A stretch of DNA of 43,061 nt from Candidatus Fervidifonticultor quintus (GCA_031459535.1 JAVKIJ010000017.1:1-43061), one strand, 5' to 3'; counted from the stretch's first letter, positions 17,272 to 26,250 are shown. Numbers and translations: made by a program. Notes: a model not told the origin generated them from the letters alone.

Positions 17272-18714
17272 TCAGTAGGCGCGGGCGTAGTAGACGGTGG
17301 CCGCAGACGACCTGCCGCACACCAGGCAGGCGCCCGCCGGCGCATCGTCGAGGGGAATCACCCGCGGTGAGGCGCCGGTGCGGTCCCGGATGGTATCTTC
17401 GCAGGCCTGATCGCCGCACCAGCGCGTCCGGACAAACCCGCGGCGCTCGCGGATGGCGGCCTCGACGGCCTCCAGCGTCTCGGCCTCGACCATGTGGCTG
17501 TCGCGGAAGGCCCGGGCCGCATCGAAGAACGCCCGTTGCACTTCGTCGAGGGCGGCCGCCACACGGGCCTCGATGCCGTCCAGCGAGGCGGTCTCCTTGG
17601 GACCGCCGCTGCGCCGCACCATGACCACCTGGCGGGCGGCCACGTCGCGGGGACCGATTTCCAGGCGCAGCGGCACGCCCCGCATCTCCCAGTCGTTGAA
17701 CTTCCAGCCGGGCGTATACTCGTCCCGGTCGTCCAGGCGCACCCGCGCCACCCGGTTCAGGCGGTCCGCCAGTGCCCGCGCCGCGGTCAGGACCTTCTCC
17801 CCTTCCTTCCCGGGGATCGGCACGATTACCACCTGAATGGGCGCGATACGCGGCGGCAGCGCCAGGCCCCGGTCGTCGCCGTGGGCCATGACCAGCGATC
17901 CGATGAGGCGCGTGGTCACCGCCCACGAGGTGGACCAGACGTACTTCTCGGTATTGTCGCGGTCGAGGAACTTCACGTTGAACGCCCTGGCGAAGTTCTG
18001 CCCCAGGAAATGACTCGTCCCCGCCTGGATCGCCTGCGCGTCCGGCATGAGCGCCTCGAGGGTGTAGGTCCAGTCGGCGCCCGCGAACTTCTCGGACGAC
18101 GGCTTCTTGCCCACCACCACCGGAATCGCCAGCACGTCCTCGAGCAGCTGTCGGTAGATCTCCAGGATCGTGCGGCACTCCTGGTCGGCTTCTTCCAGCG
18201 TGGCGTGCGCGGTGTGTCCTTCGTGCCACAGGAACTCGGCCGTACGAAGGAACAGCCGCGTCGCCTTTTCCCAGCGCACGACGCTGTTCCACTGGAGCAG
18301 CAGCACCGGCAGGTCGCGGTACGACTGGATCCACCGGGCGTACATGGGCAGGATGATCGCCTCGGACGTGGGCCGCACCGCCAGGCGCTCCGCCAGTTCC
18401 TCGTCGCCGCCGTGGGTGACCCAGGCCACCTGGGGGGCGAAGCCCTGCACGTGCTCGGCTTCCTTCTTGAGGAAACTCTCCGGCACGAACAGTGGGAAGT
18501 AGGCGTTCACGTGGCCGGTGGCCTTGAAGCGTTCGTCCAGCCACCGCTGGATGCCTTCCCACAGGGCGTAGCCGTACGGCCGGATGACCATGCACCCGCG
18601 AACTGGCGAGTAGTCGGCCAGCTCGGCTTTGAGGCAGACGGCCGTGTACCACTCCGAGAACTGCTCGGCCTTGCTGGGGATCTCCTTGACGAACACCTGT
18701 GACTCGGTGGACAT
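17272..18714 (-). CDS. proS: Proline--tRNA ligase, archaeal/eukaryote-like type (no INS editing domain)
   Basis: RPTSE, RWE..TRLFLRT.EFLW.EGH, QAGTSH.LGQNF, C-terminal Zn-like domain ending ARAY. Confidence 0.97.
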   Translation of the reverse strand: MSTESQVFVKEIPSKAEQFSEWYTAVCLKAELADYSPVRGCMVIRPYGYALWEGIQRWLDERFKATGHVNAYFPLFVPESFLKKEAEHVQGFAPQVAWVTHGGDEELAERLAVRPTSEAIILPMYARWIQSYRDLPVLLLQWNSVVRWEKATRLFLRTAEFLWHEGHTAHATLEEADQECRTILEIYRQLLEDVLAIPVVVGKKPSSEKFAGADWTYTLEALMPDAQAIQAGTSHFLGQNFARAFNVKFLDRDNTEKYVWSTSWAVTTRLIGSLVMAHGDDRGLALPPRIAPIQVVIVPIPGKEGEKVLTAARALADRLNRVARVRLDDRDEYTPGWKFNDWEMRGVPLRLEIGPRDVAARQVVMVRRSGGPKETASLDGIEARVAAALDEVQRAFFDAARAFRDSHMVEAETLEAVEAAIRERRGFVRTRWCGDQACEDTIRDRTGASPRVIPLDDAPAGACLVCGRSSAATVYYARAY

Positions 18715-18749
18715 GGTGAACGGGCCCCGCCAGCGCCGGGTGCACAGGG

Positions 18750-18779
18750 AGTCTAGCACGCCGCAGCGCAGCCCGACAA
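18750..18779 (-). promoter_or_regulatory. Sigma70-type promoter for proS
   Basis: TTGTCG-N18-TAGACT with a TGn extension. Confidence 0.5.
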
Positions 18780-18817
18780 GGCCGGGGATTTCGCTCGACC
18801 CCAGGGTGCGAAAGGCA

Positions 18818-18845
18818 GCAGGGGTGGCTCGCCCAGCCGTGGAAG
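18818..18845 (+). promoter_or_regulatory. GCAGG-N19-GAA putative alternative-sigma promoter
   Basis: GCAGGG-N18-GAAG upstream of the 635-aa membrane protein. Confidence 0.45.
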
Positions 18846-18879
18846 CCCCGCGGGGGAATAGATCCGGGGCACTCGCCGG

Positions 18880-20787
18880 GTGATGCGCGCCTCGGGAGCG
18901 AAGGCACCAGATGCCGCCGGGAGCGGCGCGCGGCCGCCAGGCCGCCTGACTCACAGGCTGGGCGCACTGGTCGTCGCCTTCCTCAGGTTTCGCCTCACCG
19001 ACGACATCGCGACGCTCCGGACGCACCTGCGCGGGCTCGTCCGCGACGAGCGGCGCGCCGTCTGCGCGGGTCTGGTCTTCAGCGCCCTGTTGGTGGTGAT
19101 CACGCCCGCACTCGCCGGTCTGGCCCCGCGCCTGGACGCACTGCCGTTCCCTGAGAGCTCTCGCCCCGGAGGGACGGCGACGGTCTCGACCCCGGCGCTT
19201 GCCGTGGCTCTCGCCGGTTTCGCCGTCGCTTGGAGCTATCTGCTCGCCGGCGCGGCGGCGGGGCCTGGCCTGTTGTGGATCGCGGCGAGCCTGCTCTACG
19301 CGTACCAGGTGTGGCCTATCGGTTTCCCGCTGGGACGGTCGGTTCTCCACCTCGTACCGCTGGGGCTGCCCGTGGCCATCGCCGCCCTGACACCCCACGG
19401 CTCTCGCTGGGGGAAGGTCGTCGCCGCGGTGCTCCTGGCCAGCATCGGCGCACGGAGTCTACCCGGCCCACCTGGGACGGCCCGGCTCCTGGCACTCCTG
19501 GCCGTGGTGGGCGCGGCGTTCCTTGGGCTCCAGGCCGTTCTGGCCAGGCGTCGGGCATCCGCGGGGTGGCGAGTTGCGCTGGGTACCTCCGTCCTCCTCG
19601 CCCATTTCCTCGTCGTCGCGGTGGTCTCGGGCGATCGCGCGGCCATGGCAGGCACCCTCAACGGTTCCCTGTTCCACTCGCTGTGGTTCCTCACGATCCT
19701 GTGGTTCTTGCTGGGTGCCTCGTTCGTGTCCGGTGCCGTGGCACTGGCGCGATTCGCCCGTGATGCCCTGGAGATCGCGATGCCCCACAGCTCTCCTGGG
19801 TGGATGCTCGCAACAGGCTGGGGGCTGCTGGCGGCTTGGGTGTGGGGCCTGCCAGCCGGCGACCATCCTCTGCCGCTGAGGCCCCTGTCCGCAGTGATCG
19901 CGGGCGCCGGGCTCGCCGCCGTGGTCGTGGTGTGGGTCCGCCGGGGCATGACGCGGCAACGGTTGAGCACGGTCTTCGTCGTGACCGCTGCGGCCCTGGT
20001 GATCCTGCGGGCCGCGCTGACACTCGACCTGGATCAGGCGATCGACCGCGGAGCTGGTGCCCTGGCGCTGCTGGCCTTTGTCTTCGCTCTGGTCTGGGAA
20101 GTCATCGGCCGCATCCCGCACATCCCACTCCAGACCCGGCACCTGTCGCGGCCGGCGCCCCTGCTGTTGTACATGGGTGCGATCCCCTTGGTCAGCGCCA
20201 GCATGCTGTTCGGCTTTGCGGCAGGTCTCGATACTTTTCAACGGCTGGCGCTGCTATCGCAGTTCAAGGGTGCCGCCGCCCTGTGGGTGCCCATCCTGCT
20301 GCTGATGCTGGCGCGGTCGTGGCCGGCGTTCCCCCCGCAGGCCGGGCGTCGCGTGGTCGCGGCGTTCGCGGCCGGCATGGTCATGGCGATCCCCGGCGTG
20401 CTCCTGCGGACGGCACTTCCCTCGGCCATGGTGGACGGCGGGCTGGTACTGGCCATCGCGGCGGCGGCAGCCGCTCTCGTCGTGCGCTGGCCCGATGCGC
20501 ACGCCTCAGTCCCGTCCATCGCCGTGGGCTATGCGCTCGCCTATGGATTCGCGGCCAGCTTGGCGCAGGTGGTCCTGATCCCGGTGCTGGCCGGCCTGTT
20601 GGAGGTGGTGGGAACGCTGTTCCCGCTGAACCCCGCGAGTACCCTGGCGGACGCCCTATTGGGCGCGGCCATGGCGGCCACATGGAGCGCCGTAGACCAG
20701 CAGCTCTTCTACGTGGTGACACCAGGTCTCGCAGGGCTCGCGGCCATGGCCGCGGCCCGGATCGCCGCCCGGATCACTCGGACGTGA
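18880..20787 (+). CDS. Uncharacterised polytopic membrane protein (635 aa)
   Basis: Many hydrophobic segments along its whole length; no family motif recognised; a paralogous fragment lies at about 24598-24956. Confidence 0.75.
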   Translation: MMRASGAKAPDAAGSGARPPGRLTHRLGALVVAFLRFRLTDDIATLRTHLRGLVRDERRAVCAGLVFSALLVVITPALAGLAPRLDALPFPESSRPGGTATVSTPALAVALAGFAVAWSYLLAGAAAGPGLLWIAASLLYAYQVWPIGFPLGRSVLHLVPLGLPVAIAALTPHGSRWGKVVAAVLLASIGARSLPGPPGTARLLALLAVVGAAFLGLQAVLARRRASAGWRVALGTSVLLAHFLVVAVVSGDRAAMAGTLNGSLFHSLWFLTILWFLLGASFVSGAVALARFARDALEIAMPHSSPGWMLATGWGLLAAWVWGLPAGDHPLPLRPLSAVIAGAGLAAVVVVWVRRGMTRQRLSTVFVVTAAALVILRAALTLDLDQAIDRGAGALALLAFVFALVWEVIGRIPHIPLQTRHLSRPAPLLLYMGAIPLVSASMLFGFAAGLDTFQRLALLSQFKGAAALWVPILLLMLARSWPAFPPQAGRRVVAAFAAGMVMAIPGVLLRTALPSAMVDGGLVLAIAAAAAALVVRWPDAHASVPSIAVGYALAYGFAASLAQVVLIPVLAGLLEVVGTLFPLNPASTLADALLGAAMAATWSAVDQQLFYVVTPGLAGLAAMAAARIAARITRT

Positions 20788-21985
20788 CGCCCATCGCTGC
20801 CAGCCGGTCGCGGATCCGGCCGATGCGCTGCCGGTACTCGTCCTCGGTCGTGGCCTGCTGGAAGGACGTCAGCTTCTCGCCCCGCGCAGCGTGCCACTTG
20901 CGGAAGGCAAGGTCTACCTGGAGTTCGTACAACTGGCGCAGCGCCATCCAGGCCCCGGGGCCCTGCCGTATCAGCGTACGCGTGAGCATGCTCGAGCGCG
21001 CTCGGGCGTCGCCGAGCACGGCGAGCTCGCCCTCCGTGACAACCTTCCGCCCGATCTCATCCCGAAGCTGCTCCCGGATGATGCGCACTTCCCGCTTCCA
21101 ACCCGCCACAGCCAGCCAGACGAGCAGCACCAGGGCTGGCAGGGCCAGGACCACTGACATGGCCGGCACGATGACGAAGACCGCCACCAGGGGATGAGGG
21201 CGGACTCCGGCCAGATCGAAGAGACTGGCGGTGGCGTTCCAGAGAGCGTGCCCCAGCATGCCGCAGGCGTATCCCAGGAGCGGTGCGCCCACCTTGGTGA
21301 GCGCCCCAGGCGCTTCCCGCGCATACCCCAACCCGGCACCGATGGCACCGGTGAACAGCGGGTGGATGAACCCGCTGAGGATCACGCGCATGATGAAAAT
21401 GAGCCCCAGACCCGCGATACCCCCCTGCGTGTAGGCTCGGGCGAAGTACAGCACGTTCTCGGTCATCGCGAAGCCCAGACCCACCAGGCCGCCGTACACG
21501 AGGCCATCGATGAGGTTGTTGAACTCGCCTCGCGCTGCGAGGAACAGCAGCAGCAGGGCGAGGCCCTTGGACGACTCTTCGACGACCGGCGCCACGATGG
21601 ACGGCGTGAGGACCGTGGCCCATCTGGGGCCCCACATCGCCCTGAGGATCACCCCCGCGCCGGTGTTGAGCAACAGGGAGATGAACGTGGCCACGATGGC
21701 GCCCCAGAAGAACGCGGCGAGCAGCAGGGAGGTCGGCTCCTTCTCGTGCCGGTCCAGCCACAGGATCACCGCCGCGTAGATCGGCACGGGCAGGATGGCG
21801 GCCACGGTACACAGCAGCAGCGCGCTGAGCGGTGCCGTGTGCAGGAAGACGATCAGTGTGCCCATGCCGAAGAAGAAGAACAGGACGCCGAGGCCGGCAT
21901 AGACCAGGTAGCGGAGACCGCGCTCCGAGATGTCGCCGCCTCGGCGCAGTTCCGTCGAGACAGCCGCTTCTCGTCCCTGTGCCAT
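20774..21985 (-). CDS. PrsW-family intramembrane metalloprotease (canonical motifs)
   Basis: DRHEKEP, VEESSK, GFAMTEN, HPLF and HALWN, plus a C-terminal cytoplasmic extension. Confidence 0.92.
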   Translation of the reverse strand: MAQGREAAVSTELRRGGDISERGLRYLVYAGLGVLFFFFGMGTLIVFLHTAPLSALLLCTVAAILPVPIYAAVILWLDRHEKEPTSLLLAAFFWGAIVATFISLLLNTGAGVILRAMWGPRWATVLTPSIVAPVVEESSKGLALLLLFLAARGEFNNLIDGLVYGGLVGLGFAMTENVLYFARAYTQGGIAGLGLIFIMRVILSGFIHPLFTGAIGAGLGYAREAPGALTKVGAPLLGYACGMLGHALWNATASLFDLAGVRPHPLVAVFVIVPAMSVVLALPALVLLVWLAVAGWKREVRIIREQLRDEIGRKVVTEGELAVLGDARARSSMLTRTLIRQGPGAWMALRQLYELQVDLAFRKWHAARGEKLTSFQQATTEDEYRQRIGRIRDRLAAMGVTSE

Positions 21986-22015
21986 CCAATCACCACCTTC
22001 ACGCTTCCCGCAGGT

Positions 22016-22654
22016 CTACTGCAGCCAGAACTGCCTGATGCTGACCGGCTGCCCCTGCTCTCCCACGAGCTTGATGATCCCAACCCTGTGTTCCCCGGGC
22101 GGGGCCTGCGCTGTGCCCGAGAGGGTGAACAGGGCTCGCCTCCCCTGGTCTGCGTCCGACACCCTGAGGTCACTGCGCGCGACCACGACCGGCCGCTCGC
22201 CTTCTATCCTGACCCAGACGATCAGGACGCTGTGCGCCCCGCGGATTGTGGCGAACACCCAGGAGAGGCCGACCGTCTCTCCACGGCTGAACGTCGTGGT
22301 CGGCTCGGCAGCAGTGACGTTGGGGGGCTCGCCCCGGACTCTGACCGTGCGCACCTCGGCCACCTTCAGGTCGTCCGGTCCCTCCAAGTCGCCCGGCTGG
22401 GGTTGCGGTACGGGCGGCGGAGCAGGCTGCGGTTGGGGCATCGGCCCGGGCTGCGGCGGCAGCGGGCCTGGCGGGGCAGGCTGCGGCGGAGGTGGTGAGG
22501 GGCCTGGCGGCGCGGGCTGCGGCTGGGGCGACGGGGGTCGGACAGCGGGCGGGCGCATGGTGGCGCCGACGACGAGAATGACGACCACCAAGCCGACGAT
22601 CAGCGACAGGCACCCGCATCCGGCGCCTATGCCATACAACAGGCCCTTGCTCAT
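22016..22654 (-). CDS. Membrane-anchored Pro/Gln-rich protein with a C-terminal beta-rich domain (paralog 1)
   Basis: KGLLYGIGAGCGCLSLIVGLVV anchor, P/Q-rich linker, ~120-aa domain ending IRQFWLQ; GAGGAG RBS. Confidence 0.85.
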   Translation of the reverse strand: MSKGLLYGIGAGCGCLSLIVGLVVVILVVGATMRPPAVRPPSPQPQPAPPGPSPPPPQPAPPGPLPPQPGPMPQPQPAPPPVPQPQPGDLEGPDDLKVAEVRTVRVRGEPPNVTAAEPTTTFSRGETVGLSWVFATIRGAHSVLIVWVRIEGERPVVVARSDLRVSDADQGRRALFTLSGTAQAPPGEHRVGIIKLVGEQGQPVSIRQFWLQ

Positions 22655-22714
22655 GGTGCTCACGCTCCTCGAACTGGGCTCGCACCACCTCCAGCAGGCC
22701 CGGCGTCCGCCGGC

Positions 22715-23419
22715 CTACTGCAACCAGAACTGCCGGATCACCACGGGCTGCGCCTGAGCGCCCATCATCTTGAACACGCCGACCCGATACTCACCAATCG
22801 GGTGGTTCGCGGTCGTCCCCAACCACATCAGAAACGGCTGCCCCTGGTGCTCTTCCGACACGCGTCCCGTCCACTTGCCGGCGACGACCGGCTTGTCGCC
22901 CTCCATCTTGACCCACACGACCGCGACTTCATGGGCGCCGCGAACCACGGCGACCGTCCCTTGCAGGCCGACCGTCTCCCCGCGGGCAAAGGTCGTAGCC
23001 GGCTCGCCCGGCGTGACGTTCGGGGGTTGCCCGTGAACCCTCACCGTGCGTACGTCAGAGACCTTCAGGTCGTCCGGCCCCTCCAGGCCGCCCGGCTGGG
23101 GTTGCGGTGCGGGCGGCGGAGCGGGTTGCGGTTGGGGAGCTGGCCCGGGCTGCGGTGGCAGCGGGCCCGGTGGAGCAGGCTGGGGCTGCGGTGGTAGCGG
23201 GCCCGGCGGGGCAGGCTGAGGCGCCGGCGGCGCGGGTTGGGGCTCCGGCGGTGGAGGACCCGGGGCGGGTTGGGGCTGCGGCTGCGGCTGGGACGGAGGA
23301 GGCTGCGCCACCGGCGGGCGAGAGATCGCGCCGATCACGAAGAGAACGACCACCAGGCCGACGATCAGTGACAGGCAGCCGCACCCGGCGCCGATACCAT
23401 ACAGGAGGCCCTTGCGCAT
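22715..23419 (-). CDS. Membrane-anchored Pro/Gln-rich protein (paralog 2)
   Basis: Identical N-terminal anchor, longer linker with duplicated QPAPPGPLPPQP, homologous C-domain ending IRQFWLQ. Confidence 0.85.
   Translation of the reverse strand: MRKGLLYGIGAGCGCLSLIVGLVVVLFVIGAISRPPVAQPPPSQPQPQPQPAPGPPPPEPQPAPPAPQPAPPGPLPPQPQPAPPGPLPPQPGPAPQPQPAPPPAPQPQPGGLEGPDDLKVSDVRTVRVHGQPPNVTPGEPATTFARGETVGLQGTVAVVRGAHEVAVVWVKMEGDKPVVAGKWTGRVSEEHQGQPFLMWLGTTANHPIGEYRVGVFKMMGAQAQPVVIRQFWLQ
23095..23292 (-). repeat. Pro/Gln-coding low-complexity tandem repeats
   Basis: QPQPQPQP tracts and two tandem QPAPPGPLPPQP units; a related tract lies at about 22395-22530. Confidence 0.7.
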
Positions 23420-23462
23420 GATGCTCACTCCCCTCTCTGGCGTCTGCGGCGGACGGCTGCCT

Positions 23463-24443
23463 TCACCGCCCGCTTCCGGCGTGGGCGCTACGGAGCTGCT
23501 TGACCCGCTCCCGCTGGCGGTCTACCTGCGCCTGGGTACCGAGGCCGCGTGAGAGGCGCCACTTGGCGAAGGCCATCTCGGCCAGCGCCTCGCGCAACGG
23601 CCGCTCCCAGGGCATGCGCCCCTGAGCCACCGCCGAGAGCTCGTCGGCGGTGAGCAGGCCGGAGCCGACCTCCTCGGCCAGGGCCCAGCGCAGAATGTGG
23701 CGCTCTCGCGACCATGCCCACAGCACGATAAGCCCCAGCAGAAGCAGCCCGGCCACGTCGGCCACGCGCCGGCCTAGGCCGATCAGCAACCCGGCGCTCC
23801 CACTGATGCCCGCCAGGCCCGCCGACCCGGCGGCCACATACGCCACGTGATAGATGAGGGCGGCGGCCAGCCCCACCAGAGGGATCACCAGGCGTCCGGC
23901 GCGGCTGGGCGCGGTCTCCCGCACATAGCCCAGCGCAGCGCCGAAGAGGGCGCTGAACACGCAATGGGTCAGTCCCGACAGGAAGAGGTCACCGAAGAAC
24001 CCTGGGGTGAGGTTGGCCGCGCCTGCGACCGAGACCAGGTCGCTCAGATACACGACGGCCTCCGCCAGGGCGAAGCCCGCCCCGACCGTGGCGCCGTAGA
24101 CAACGCCGTCGAGCGTGTTGTCGAACTCACCCCGCAGGATGACGTAGACGGCCAGGACGACGGCGGCCTTGGCGAGTTCCTCGACGATCGCGCCGCCCAT
24201 GTTGGGCGGCGTGATCGGATAGCGCTGGAAGAGGGCCGGGAACACGGACGTGGGGATGCCCGTCGCTCCCTCGACCAGCGAGGTCAGGATCGGCGCCACC
24301 ACCGCTCCACCGACGAGGGAAGCACCGAGGAGCGAGACCGGCTCCTTCTCGTAGCGGTCCACCCTCCAGAGCACCCAGACGTAAATGAGGACAGGCACGA
24401 CGGTGATCAAGACCGCCGCAACCAGCAGACTGCCTCCAGACAT
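23463..24443 (-). CDS. PrsW-family intramembrane protease, divergent paralog
   Basis: DRYEKEP, VEELAK, GFALAEA (EN to EA), HCVF, HVAYV (HxxWN degenerate); C-tail homologous to the other PrsW. Confidence 0.88.
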   Translation of the reverse strand: MSGGSLLVAAVLITVVPVLIYVWVLWRVDRYEKEPVSLLGASLVGGAVVAPILTSLVEGATGIPTSVFPALFQRYPITPPNMGGAIVEELAKAAVVLAVYVILRGEFDNTLDGVVYGATVGAGFALAEAVVYLSDLVSVAGAANLTPGFFGDLFLSGLTHCVFSALFGAALGYVRETAPSRAGRLVIPLVGLAAALIYHVAYVAAGSAGLAGISGSAGLLIGLGRRVADVAGLLLLGLIVLWAWSRERHILRWALAEEVGSGLLTADELSAVAQGRMPWERPLREALAEMAFAKWRLSRGLGTQAQVDRQRERVKQLRSAHAGSGR

Positions 24444-24597
24444 CGGCTCACCTCACTCTCAGGGGATTGGGCAGGATGTGGCGCGGGCGGTCCGGCTGCT
24501 GGCGGCACGGACACGCCGTGCCCACGAACTCCTGTCTAATCCCGCGTGAAGTACTTGCTCACGAACTGCTTGTCGTCCACCCGTCTCTATCCCCGGA

Positions 24598-24956
24598 CGA
24601 GAAGACATACACCAGAGCCGTGATGATCCACAGAAGCCGGGACCCTGCGCGGCCCCACTCAGGATGTACCCCCACGCGGCCGAGAGCGCGGCAAGGGTGA
24701 ACGCGACGGCGGCCCCGGGCACCGATTGTGGCCTGCCGCGCGCGTCTTCGAACACCGCCAGGGGAAGCTGGGGCGCAAGCCCCGCGATCAGCGGTGTAGC
24801 CACCACAACCGACGCCGCGCACGCCAATCCCACCCAGGCAATGCGTGACTCCGGCCGCGGCAGCTCCCTCAGGTACTTGCTCAGCTCGACGACGCCGCCG
24901 GTATACGCGAAGGCCACGCACTCTGCGAGAGCCCGGCCGATCTTCTCCACGGCCAT
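24598..24956 (-). pseudogene. Frameshifted, truncated paralog of the 18880-20787 membrane protein
   Basis: ATG 24956 with AGGAG. TPLIAGLAPQL...AWGYILSGAAQGPG aligns to TPALAGLAPRL...AWSYLLAGAAAGPG; after a 1-nt gap near 24638 it continues LLWIITALVYVF (versus LLWIAASLLYAY), then homology ends. Confidence 0.8.
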
Positions 24957-24998
24957 GGCGGAGAAGCTCCTGGCAGAGTACTGCGGAGTATTGGCGCA

Positions 24999-25026
24999 CT
25001 TCGAGCGATCGCGAGGGGATTCCTGC
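24999..25026 (-). promoter_or_regulatory. GCAGG-N19-GAA putative alternative-sigma promoter heading the pseudogene-PrsW operon
   Basis: GCAGGA-N18-GAAG on the minus strand, 42 nt before ATG 24956. Confidence 0.45.
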
Positions 25027-25038
25027 CGTCGGCCGCCG

Positions 25039-25068
25039 TTGACAACCAGCGACGGGGGGGCGTACCGT
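25039..25068 (+). promoter_or_regulatory. Sigma70-type promoter for the pilin cluster
   Basis: TTGACA-N18-TACCGT. Confidence 0.5.
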
Positions 25069-25166
25069 GACATGGAAGGCAGGCCGCTGGGCAACACCGC
25101 ACTGTGATCCGGCTGAATCGCCGGCGGGTTGGGCAGATGACTAGTACGATGCCCGGGGTCAGGCAG

Positions 25167-25331
25167 ATGCCGTACTATGCCCATCGCTCGGAGGGGTTCA
25201 GCACGCTCGAGCTGGTGGTCGCCGCGGCGATCATCGGCATTGCGCTGGTGATCCTCATCCCGCGCCTCTCCTCCCGGCCCCTCCATTTCACGGCCGATGT
25301 CCAGGAGTTTGTGCACCACCTCCCGGCCTGA
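25167..25331 (+). pseudogene. Truncated type IV prepilin (N-terminal duplicate of the next gene)
   Basis: G|FSTLELVVAAAIIGIALVILIPRLSSRPLHFTAD aligns to G|LSIVEVLVALALLGLLLALVLPRINPRPLDLLAD, but stops after 54 aa. Confidence 0.6.
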
Positions 25332-25347
25332 GGAGGAGAAGTGTAGG

Positions 25348-25851
25348 ATGGCGACCAGCCGAAGTGGGCTTGGGGAGAGGGCCGAAGGGCGTCGGGTGGC
25401 CACTTCCGGTCTATCAATCGTGGAGGTACTGGTAGCGCTGGCGCTGCTCGGCCTGCTGCTGGCGCTGGTCCTACCGCGGATCAACCCCCGGCCGCTGGAT
25501 TTGCTGGCCGACGCGCGGGAGCTGGCCGCCAATGCCAAAGCAGCGAGGGCGCGGGCTATCAGCCGCACGACCCGCTATCGGATCGTCGTGAGCGCACCCA
25601 CGACCTACCAAGTTGCGCGCGCTGACGGCGCATCGTGGACCACCGAGCGAACAGTAGAGCTGCGGCCGCAGGTACAGTTCGACGGGGTGGGGCCGACCTG
25701 CGCGGAATTCGACAGCCGCGGACGCTTGGTCAGTACCCCTGCGTGCCCCGCTGGTGGTGTCCAGCTGACGTTCACGCTTCGGGACGTGGGGCGCAACCTG
25801 ACCCGTCGGGTGATTATCCACGGCGCGGGGCTCGTGGAGGACACGCCGTGA
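25348..25851 (+). CDS. Type IV minor pilin, FimT/FimU (GspH)-like
   Basis: Class III signal G|LSIVE, AR..A motif, F.SRG in the C-domain, one Cys pair. Confidence 0.85.
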   Translation: MATSRSGLGERAEGRRVATSGLSIVEVLVALALLGLLLALVLPRINPRPLDLLADARELAANAKAARARAISRTTRYRIVVSAPTTYQVARADGASWTTERTVELRPQVQFDGVGPTCAEFDSRGRLVSTPACPAGGVQLTFTLRDVGRNLTRRVIIHGAGLVEDTP

Positions 25852-26237
25852 GGCGGGTGCCCGTTAACGCGCAGGGGTTCACCCTGCTGGAGGTCCTGCT
25901 GGCCATGCTGATCCTGGCTGGCGCGATCGCCGGTACGGCCGCCTTGCTCACGGCCGGCATCACCCAGGAGTATGTCGCCAGAAAGACCACGGCGGCTGCC
26001 GCGCTCGCTCAGCAGGAGGTCGAGCGAATGCGCGACCTGCCGTTTAACGACATTGCCTCATCGGGACCGCAAACCGTGACCGTGGACGGCCAGGCCTACC
26101 AGGTGTCGCGCGAGGTCACGCTCCTGGGCAGCCCGGAGTCCATGAAGCGCGTTCGGGTGGTCGTGACGTGGACGCACATGGGTTCGCGCTCGTACGAGAC
26201 CGAGGTCATCCTCACCGATCTGCTGCCGCCCCGGTGA
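25848..26237 (+). CDS. Type IV minor pilin, PilV (GspI)-like
   Basis: G|FTLLEVLLA, A..LAQ...E, K.V.V.V.W; GTGA overlap. Confidence 0.87.
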   Translation: MRRVPVNAQGFTLLEVLLAMLILAGAIAGTAALLTAGITQEYVARKTTAAAALAQQEVERMRDLPFNDIASSGPQTVTVDGQAYQVSREVTLLGSPESMKRVRVVVTWTHMGSRSYETEVILTDLLPPR

Positions 26238-26250
26238 TGAGGGAGGTGCT

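Noticed and set aside
18715-18879. T-box leader for proS
   Set aside because: No T-box consensus, and the putative promoter is only about 35 nt from the ATG.
22618-22654. Lipoprotein lipobox in the Pro-rich proteins (GAGC)
   Set aside because: The Cys precedes the main hydrophobic helix and the -3 residue is Gly, which fits a type II membrane anchor better.
22395-23292. Repeats resembling a CRISPR or other non-coding array
   Set aside because: They are in-frame Pro/Gln codon repeats within two paralogous CDSs; there is no constant repeat-spacer period and no cas genes.
24970-24990. Tandem TACTC(C/T)GC direct repeat upstream of the pseudogene
   Set aside because: Only two imperfect copies and no cognate regulator nearby; too weak to call.
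25069-25166. c-di-GMP riboswitch upstream of the pilin cluster
   Set aside because: Scattered GGAA/GGGCA words only; neither the class I nor the class II architecture could be built.
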